Origin: Eledone cirrhosa
Lineage: Eukaryota
Assembly: GCA_964016885.1 (NCBI GenBank)
Contig: OZ024756.1
Coordinates: forward strand, 248,001-312,000
Direction: 5' to 3'
Length of the DNA: 64,000 nucleotides
The notes below the pieces were generated by a model. That model worked only from the letters and a program-made list of their open reading frames with translations. It was not told where the DNA came from and ran no database searches. Below, piece by piece: positions 53,861 through 64,000 of this stretch; position 1 is the first letter of the stretch, and every line of letters begins with the position of its first letter. The position numbers and the translations under genes were made by a program.

Positions 53861-56800
53861 GGTGTGTTTTGTTAGAGATGCCTACTGACTGTAGTAGGTT
53901 TTACTTTGTATTTCAGGTAAAGGCGGGTCTTCTCTATTACTGAGTACCGCCAAAGATCTCGGTCCAGTGACATTGTCTTGGAGAGGTCTAAGTGTGTGAG
54001 GTCGGAATTTATCAGGTCGTCCCAGGTTTTTCTGGGTCTGCCTACTCCATGGCTACCGTCTATCTTTATTGCCCTGCACTTTTTTATACAGCTGTCGTCT
54101 TTCATGCGCATCACGTGACCATACCAACGTAGCCTTCTCTCGACTAAACAACATCTGATCCCTCTTATATCTAATTTTTCCCTTAGTTTGTCTATGCTTT
54201 GCCGTTCGCGTATATTACTATTACACATCCAGCGGAGCATGCAAGCTTCGTTCCTCTCTAGTCTGCGTATATCCTCTGCACACAATGCCCAGGTCTCACT
54301 GCCATGCAACATTGCTGTTCGTATGCAGGCGTCATACAGCCTGCCTTTCATTTTTAGGGAGAACCCTTTAGCGGCTAATAGTGGTATAAGCTCTCTGAAC
54401 TTTTTCCATCCAGTTCTGACTCTAGCTACTGTACTTTCAGAGCACCCTCCCCCACTGCTGATTTTGTCACCCAGGTAACGGAAGCTGTCCACTATTTCTA
54501 TAGAACCCTCTGCGCAATTGAAAGAAAGAGCTAGTATTTTGTGTGCACTTGCTGCTACTTATTGCACCAGAGCACTGGCCACATGTAAAATCTATGTTCT
54601 TAGCTTACCTGTGATCCCACTACATCTTTTATGCACCCATACTTTGCATTTGGGACATAAAATGGAATTTCTACCTACGCCTTTCCTACACACTGAGCAT
54701 GGCCATTTCCCGGAAGGGACCGGCACCTTATTTTCTTTCCTACAAACTAGAACTTTAGTCTTAGCCAGGTTAATTTTAAGGCCTTTTGATTCTAGGCCGT
54801 GCCTCCATGTTTGGAATTTCTTCTCTAGCTCGGCCATTGATTCAGCTATGAGTGTTAGATCATCTGCGTATAGGAGTTCCCATGGGCAGCCGGTCTTTAA
54901 CTCCTCTGTTATAGCCCGAAGGGCAATAATAAATAGTAGGGGGCTGAGAACAGAGCCCTGATGAACACCAACTTTTACGCTAAACTCTTCACTATATTCG
55001 TTGTTAATTCTAACCTTGCTGACCGTTTCTTTATACATGGCTTGTATAGCCCTCACAAGCCATTCATCAACACCTAGTTTTCTAAGAGCCCACCAGATAA
55101 TGGAACGGGGGACTCTGTCGAAGGCTTTCTCCAAGTCGACAAAAGCTAAGTATAGGGGTTTACTTTTAGCTAGGTACTTCTCCTGTAGTTGTCGTACAAT
55201 GAAAAGAGCGTCTGTGGTACTTTTGCCTGACACAAACCCGAACTGCATTTCATCTAGATCGATTCTCTCTCTGATTAGTTGCACTATTACTTTTTCCGTG
55301 ACCTTCATGACCTGGTCGATTAATTTAATGCCTCTATAGTTACTCCTATCTAGGGCGTCTCCTTTACCCTTGTAACAGTTAACGATGATGCTGCTACGCC
55401 AGTCCTTCGGAACAACCCCATTCTGTATGACTTGGTTTACTATCCGGGTGACCATGGTGTGTCCCATCGTTCCAGAGGCCTTCAGCATCTCAGCAACTAT
55501 TTCCGAAGGCCCAGCCGCCTTACCCGTCTTCATATCTTTGATTGCCTTACTTATTATACTACCTTCAACTAACACTGCTGGTCCCTCTATTGGATCGATC
55601 TGGGGGAGACTATCCTTCTCCCATTAATTCTCCTCATTTAGTAGCCTTTCGTAGTGACACTTCCAAGCTACGTTCTTATCAGCGTCAGTGATGGCGAGTA
55701 CGCCATCATCATTTAGTACACACTTCTCCCCAACAATATCACGGTTTTCCTTGACACATTGCCTAGCAATCCTGAACACCTCACGTTTTTGGTCCTCGCG
55801 TTGTAGAACATGCTTGAACTTTCTTTCCTCTGCTTCCCTTCTTGCGAAGTACACTTGTCTCCTAGCTTTCCTCCTGGCCACTTGATAGTCTTCTCTACTT
55901 CCCCCATCCCGCCATACTTTCCAAGCCTGCTTTTTGGCCTTAATCGACTCCTCCACCTTACTGTTCCACCACCATGTTACTCTCCTCCTGCCTATAGGCC
56001 TGCTCCGGCCACAGACTTCGTCTGCCGCCATCAGCAGGTTTGCTTTCAGGAATTCCCACTGTTCCTCTATTTTGTACGACTCTAAATGCTCTTCCTTACT
56101 GTCGAAAGCATCAAGTAATATGCTTTGAAATTTATTTCTGGCTGTGGGGTCCTTTAGCTTCCATATTTTTCTCCTGAGGATAGTCCTCTTCTGCTGTCGA
56201 GTACGTCTCGTCCTGACTATGAGGTCGCTAATTATCAGTCTATGTTGGGAGGTGCATTCTTCATGGGGGAGGGATTTAGTGTTTACAACAGTCACTCTGT
56301 CACGTCTTCTGGTAAGGATATAATCTACCTGGCTGGTATGGTCCCCTGATCTGTAGGTGATCAAGTGATTGTCTCGTTTTTTGAAGTTAGTGTTACAGAT
56401 TGTTAGGTTATTTGCGCCACAGAATTCCACGATTCTGGAGCCTTCCTCATTTCTAGTACCAAACCCATAGCCTCCATGGATTCCATCATAGCCGTTACAA
56501 TGTTGTCCAACGTGACTATTTAGGTCGCCAGCAATAATTATATAGTCACTGTCGGTTATTTGGGAGGTGGTGAGCATCAGTGTCTCATAGAAAGTGTCTT
56601 TTATAGCGCCAGGCAGTCCAGATTGGGGCGCGTACGCAGATATTATCGTCACAGTAGTTCTATTTAGAACAAGTCTTATTTTAATTATTCTGTCGTTTAC
56701 TCTATTTACGTCTATTATCTTATCCACCCATTTTTCTGCTAACATGATTCCTACCCCACCCAGCCCATTGTCCTTTCCCACCCAGAAAAGCTTATAGCAT

Positions 56801-56912
56801 CGTTTTTTACCCACAATGAATCTAGCAGACCCGCCCCTCCACCTGGTCTCTTGGATACAGCAGACATCAACCTCCTTACGTTCAAGCATTTCTACAACCT
56901 CGTTTGAGCGGC
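53861..56912 (-). mobile_element. Near-full RTE family A copy, frameshifted, lacking most of the 3' UTR
   Basis: ORF pieces 55624-56889, 54592-55575 and 53872-54492. Confidence 0.95.
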
Positions 56913-56920
56913 CTTATATG

Positions 56921-56973
<53 letters not shown>

Positions 56974-57032
56974 GTATATATATATATGTATATATATATA
57001 TGTATATATATATATGTATATATATATATTTA

Positions 57033-57643
57033 TGTCAGGTCACCAGTTGGTGCTACTGGTAACATGTATCCCAGTACAACCTGTCCCATGGTCGGGTCGT
57101 TGGCGACTAAACTGGCAACCCCACCAAGGTTTCTTGGTGAGGAGGGTGACTTTGGACATCCTGCAGGACTAAAAACAAAACCTGTCAAAGGGCAAAGGAG
57201 CTCTTAAGAGTCAATGGCCATCCAAAATCACCGGGAGAGATGACCCCTTAGCCTTTGTCAAGGCAGAATTCTAGGAGAAGGAAAACTCTGATATAACACC
57301 TGCAACCCTGATGGTATCCAATGATGTTGACTTGTTCTTCTTTTTGGTAAATATCATCTTGGTTAAGAGAGTGGGACTGGCTTTGTGCAGTGCCTTTGCT
57401 CACTATAAAAGCTTCACGGCACAGTCATTGCTTTATATCTGGAGATCTCTCTGCACTTGTCGTCACATGGTACCATGGGCCCAGCACTATGTGTCAGTAA
57501 TTGTCACAAGTGTAGTGTTTGTACCAGAGTTTTCAAGTCGCTGGCTGGACTAAAAAGTCACACTCGTTCAGCGCATCGGTAGGGGTTCTCCTACATGGAT
57601 ATAAAGTAGTGGCCGTACTCGAAAACGAGTTGGCAGCCACCAT
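57033..57643 (+). mobile_element. Bipartite non-autonomous RTE derivative (5' UTR-like part + 3' end with C2H2 remnant)
   Basis: CTAGGAGAAGGAAAACTCTGA RTE 5'-type motif. 57505-57582 translates [25 protein letters not shown]. Terminal hairpin ACTCG-AAAA-CGAGT. Confidence 0.7.
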
Positions 57644-57646
57644 ATG

Positions 57647-57680
<34 letters not shown>

Positions 57681-57708
57681 TGTATATATATACATATATA
57701 TGTATATA

Positions 57709-58025
<317 letters not shown>

Positions 58026-58026
58026 G

Positions 58027-58362
<336 letters not shown>

Positions 58363-58363
58363 G

Positions 58364-58442
<79 letters not shown>

Positions 58443-58485
58443 GTATATATATATGTATATATATATGTATATATATATATATAAG

Positions 58486-58534
<49 letters not shown>

Positions 58535-58535
58535 G

Positions 58536-58567
<32 letters not shown>

Positions 58568-58569
58568 AG

Positions 58570-58604
<35 letters not shown>

Positions 58605-58619
58605 GTATGTATATATATG

Positions 58620-58714
<95 letters not shown>

Positions 58715-58737
58715 GTATATATATATATGTATATATG

Positions 58738-58792
<55 letters not shown>

Positions 58793-58801
58793 GTATATAT
58801 G

Positions 58802-58860
<59 letters not shown>

Positions 58861-58917
58861 GTATATATGTATATATATATATATGTATATATGTATATAT
58901 ATATATACGTATATATG

Positions 58918-59166
<249 letters not shown>

Positions 59167-59201
59167 ATATATGTATATATATATATATGTATATATATAT
59201 A

Positions 59202-59435
59202 TTTATTTCAGATTGCTCCAGTTTACTCAGCTGTAGAAATGAGATGATAGGGACCCCAGTCCCTATCATTCCACTGCAAAGTGGTCGTGGAGGTGCCACG
59301 GCAAAACAGCACCCAGCACTCACTGTAAATGAGGTTGGTGTTAGGAAGGGCATCCAGCTGTAGAAATCAAGCCAGAATCAGTTCCCGTCCCACCCTTGCA
59401 AGCAGGGAAATGCGGACGTAAAATGAAATGATGAT
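59202..59435 (+). mobile_element. 5'-truncated copy of the RTE-tailed SINE
   Basis: Matches the reverse complement of 17124-17355. Confidence 0.85.
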
Positions 59436-59444
59436 ATATATATG

Positions 59445-59477
<33 letters not shown>

Positions 59478-59487
59478 GTATATATAT

Positions 59488-62402
59488 ACCAGAAGACGTG
59501 ACAGAGTGTCTGTTGTTAACACTAAATCCCACCCCCATGAAGAATTCACCTCCCAACATAGACTGATAATTAGCGACCTCATAGTCAGGACGAGACGTAC
59601 TAGACAGCGAAAGAGGACTATCCTCAGGAGAAAAATATGGAAGCTAAAGGACCCCATAGCCAGAAATAAATTTCAAAGCAAATTACTTGACGCTTTCGAC
59701 AGTAAGGAAGAGCAATTAGAGTCGTATAATATAGAGGAACAGTGGGAATTCCTGAGAGCAAACCTGCTGACGGCGGCAGACGAAGTCTGTGGCTGGAGCA
59801 GGCCTGTAGGTAGGAGGAGAGTAACATGGTGGTGGAACAGTAAGGTGGAGGAGTCAATTAAGGCCAAAAAGCAGGCTTGGAAAGTATGGCGGGATGGGGG
59901 AAGTAGAGAAGACTATCAAGTGGCCAGGAGGGAAGCTAGGAGACAAGTGTACTTCGCAAGAAGGGAAGCAGAGGAAAGAAAGTTCAAGCATGTTCTACAA
60001 CGTGAGGACCAAAAACGTGAGGTGTTCAGGATTGCCAGGCAATGTGTCAAGGAAAACCGTGATATTGTCGGGGAGAAGTGTGTACTTAACGATGATGGCA
60101 TACTTGCCATCACCGACGCTGATAAGAAGGTAGCTTGGAAGTGTCACTACGAAAGGCTTCTAAATGAGGAGAACAAATGGGAGAAAGATAGTCTCCCCCA
60201 GATCGATCCAATAGAGGGACCAGCAGTGTTAGTTGAAGGTAGTATAATAAGTAAGGCAATCAAAGATATGAAGACGGGTAAGGCGGCTGGGCCTTCGGAA
60301 ATAGTTGCTGAGATGCTGAAGGCATCTGGTTCGGTGGGACACACCATGGTCACCCGGATAGTTAACCAAGTCGTACAGAATGGGGTTGTTCCGAAGGAAT
60401 GGCGTAGCAGCATCATCGTTAACTGCTATAAGGGAAAAGGAGATGCCCTAGATAGGAGTAACTATAGAGGCATTAAATTAATCGACCAGGTCATGAAGGT
60501 CACGGAAAAAGTAATAGCGCAACTAATCAGAGAGAGAATTGATCTAGATGAAATGCAGTTCGGGTTTGTGTCAGGCAAAAGTACCACAGACGCTCTTTTC
60601 ATTGTACGACAACTACAGGAGAAGTACCTAGCTAAAAGTAAACCCCTATACTTAGCTTTTGTCGACTTGGAGAAAGCCTTCGACAGAGTCCCCCGTTCCA
60701 TTATCTGGTGGTCTCTTAGAAAACTAGGTGTTGACGAATGGCTTGTGAGAGCTATACAAGCCATGTATAAAGAAACAGTCAGTAAGGTTAGAATTAACAA
60801 CGAATATAGTGAAGAGTTTAGCGTAAAAGTTGGTGTCCATCAGGGCTCTGTACTTAGCCCCCTACTATTTATTATTGCCCTTCAGGCTATAACAGAGGAG
60901 TTCAAGACCGGCTGCCCATGGGAACTCCTATACGCAGATGATCTAACGCTCATAGCTGAATCAATGACCGAACTAGAGAAGAAATTCCAAACGTGGAAGC
61001 ACGGCCTAGAATCAAAAGGCCTTAAAATTAACCTGGCTAAGACTAAAGTTCTAGTTTGTAGGAAAGAAAATAAGGCGGCGGTCCCATCGGGGAAATGGCC
61101 ATGCTCAGTGTGTAGGAAAGGCGTAGGTAGAAACTCCATTTTATGTCCCAAATGCAAAGTATGGGTGCATAAAAGATGTAGTGGGATCACAGGTAAGCTA
61201 ACTAAGAACATAGATTTTACATGTGGCCGGTGCTCTGGTGCAATAAGTAGCAGCAAGTGCCCACAAAATACTAGCTCCTTCAACTGCGCAGAGGGTTCTA
61301 TAGAAATAGTGGATAGCTTCCGTTATCTGGGTGACAAAATCAGCAGTGGGGGAGGGTGCTCTGAAAGTACAGTAGCTAGAGTCAGAACTGGATGGAAAAA
61401 GTTCAGAGAGCTTATACCACTATTAGCCGCTAGAGGGTTCTCCCTAAAAATGAAAGGCAGGTTATACGATGCCTGCATACGAACAGCAATGCTGCATGGC
61501 AGTGAGACCTGGGCATTGTGTGCAGAGGATATACGCAGACTAGAGAGGAACGAAGCTTGCATGCTCCGCTGGATGTGCAATAGTAATATACGTGAACGGC
61601 AAAGCATAAACGAACTAAGGAAAAAATTAGAAATAAGAGGGATCAGATGTTGTTTACTCGAGAGAAGGCTACGTTGGTACGGTCACGTGATGCGCATGAA
61701 AGACGACAGCTGTATAACAAAGTGCAGGGCAATAAAGATAGACGGTAGCCACGGAGTAGGCAGACCCAGAAAAACATGGGACGAGCTGATAATTTCCGAC
61801 CTCACACGCTTACACCTCTCCAAGACAATGTCACTGGACCGAGACCTTTGGCGGTACTCAGTAATAGAGAAGACCCGCCTTACCTAAATACAAAGTAAAA
61901 ACCTACTACAGTCAGTAGGCACCTCTATCAAAACACACCCCCGTCCCACCACCTCCACCTCCACCCCACCCACACCGCCCCTTTCAATGTAAAGTTATGT
62001 TGGCCCCACAACATCCAGGCCGAAACAAATGAGATCGTGTAGGTGTCACGACAAAAAACACACAGTCCACGCTGTAAATGTGGCCGTGTAGGCAACACGG
62101 TAAAAACCTCCCAGCCCCACACTGTAAATGTGGTTGGTGTTAGGAAGGGCATCCAGCTGTAGAAAACCCGCCAGACAGTCCACGCTGTAATGTGGCCGTG
62201 TAGGCAACACGGTAAAAACCTCCCAGCCCCACACTGTAAATGTGGTTGGTGTTAGGAAGGGCATCCAACTGTAGAAAACCCGCCAGACAGTCCTATGCGA
62301 GCAAGACAACCACTCTTGCCTCAAGTGGGAAAACCCCCGTCCAAACCCATGCAAGCGTGGAACACGGACGCTAAACCTGATGATGATGATGATGATGATG
62401 AT
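59488..62402 (+). mobile_element. 5'-truncated RTE family A copy; open frame to 61887; duplicated 3' UTR segment
   Basis: 819-aa ORF (its first residues are microsatellite). Nearly identical to 11706-13697. Confidence 0.95.
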
Positions 62403-62411
62403 ATATATATG

Positions 62412-62568
<157 letters not shown>

Positions 62569-62571
62569 GTA

Positions 62572-62604
<33 letters not shown>

Positions 62605-62605
62605 G

Positions 62606-63201
62606 TAAATATCTTTAAGTCGTTTGGAAGCCTCGACAATGCAAATGGGTAAATCTCCGGGTAACAAGGTCCGGTGGTGGAGAGAGAGATGTAAGTGGGT
62701 GTACGTTGAGATGCGTGGTGTGTATAAGATGTGTGAGATGTGTAGAATGAAGGGAAGAATATAAAGGATAAAATAAAAATAACAACACAAGAGAGAGTTA
62801 CCTTGGGAGAGATTTAATAGTCCCTATATATCTCGGATTCACATCCATCAACTGGGGTTTATTCCAGGGGTGGGGGAAAAGGTTGTCTGTTGGACAAGTC
62901 CAGAACGCGTCCTTCGCTGTTTGTTGTTTTGAATATATAGGGACTATTAAATCTCTCCCAAGGTAACTCTCTCTTGTGTTGTTATTTTAATTTTATCCTA
63001 TATATTCTTCCCTTCATTCTACACATCTCACACATCTTATACACACCACGCATCTCAACGTACACCCACTTACATCTCTCTCTCTCCACCACCGGACCTT
63101 GTTACCCGGAGATTTACCCATTTGCATTGTCGAGGCTTCCAAACGACTTAAAGATATTTACTTATTGTTCCACAATGCTTCAAGCAAACTTCAATACTCT
63201 C
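62606..63201. repeat. Foldback with ~225-bp arms, ~100-bp spacer and a one-sided tail
   Basis: 62606-62830 is the reverse complement of 62934-63161. Confidence 0.9.
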
Positions 63202-63261
<60 letters not shown>

Positions 63262-63269
63262 GTATATCT

Positions 63270-63341
<72 letters not shown>

Positions 63342-63348
63342 ATATATG

Positions 63349-63382
<34 letters not shown>

Positions 63383-63389
63383 ATATATG

Positions 63390-63423
<34 letters not shown>

Positions 63424-63437
63424 ATATATGTATATCT

Positions 63438-63491
<54 letters not shown>

Positions 63492-63582
63492 CAATATATA
63501 TATATATAATATATATATGTATATATATATATATGTATATATATATATAATATATATATATATAATATATATGTATATAATA

Positions 63583-63641
<59 letters not shown>

Positions 63642-63692
63642 GTATATATATATGTATATATATATATATGTATATATATGTATATATATATG

Positions 63693-63753
<61 letters not shown>

Positions 63754-63766
63754 GTATATATATATG

Positions 63767-63869
<103 letters not shown>

Positions 63870-63937
63870 GTATATATGTATATATATATATATGTATATA
63901 TGTATATATGTATATATATATATATACGTATATATAT

Positions 63938-64000
63938 ATAACTTTGAATAACTTTGAAATGTTTTGGCCAGTATTGGCCCAGGCCATGTCTAACTTAATA
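63938..64000 (-). mobile_element. 3' end of another copy of the CR1-group LINE
   Basis: Reverse complement of 44812-44873. Confidence 0.9.

Noticed and set aside
53470-57423. LTR retrotransposon
   Set aside because: The interior is an antisense non-LTR RTE. There is no gag, integrase or PBS, and the repeats belong to a separate element.

Overview
This 64-kb window is repeat-saturated eukaryotic DNA. The SINE/RTE content and (TA)n density suggest an invertebrate, probably a cephalopod such as octopus (inference). I found no host gene exon I can support. It contains: (i) six large RTE-clade LINE copies, one with an intact APE-RT ORF, all with a PHD-type C4HC3 finger inserted inside the RT domain; (ii) one apparently intact Naiad-type Penelope-like element (PLE; RT+GIY-YIG, pseudo-LTRs) and two decayed PLEs of a second family; (iii) a CR1-like LINE whose frame fuses two CCCH fingers to APE-RT; (iv) tRNA-derived SINEs, a bipartite RTE-derived non-autonomous element, Helentron/DINE-like elements, a MITE-like foldback, and many micro/minisatellites. 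The most striking unexplained structure is a dispersed set of short, non-coding, mostly unrelated inserts in (TA)n tracts. Many are asymmetric head-to-head foldbacks, and most carry type I hammerhead ribozyme folds (CUGANGA...GAAA...NUH with palindromic stem III). All pairings and coordinates were read by eye and may be off by a few bases.
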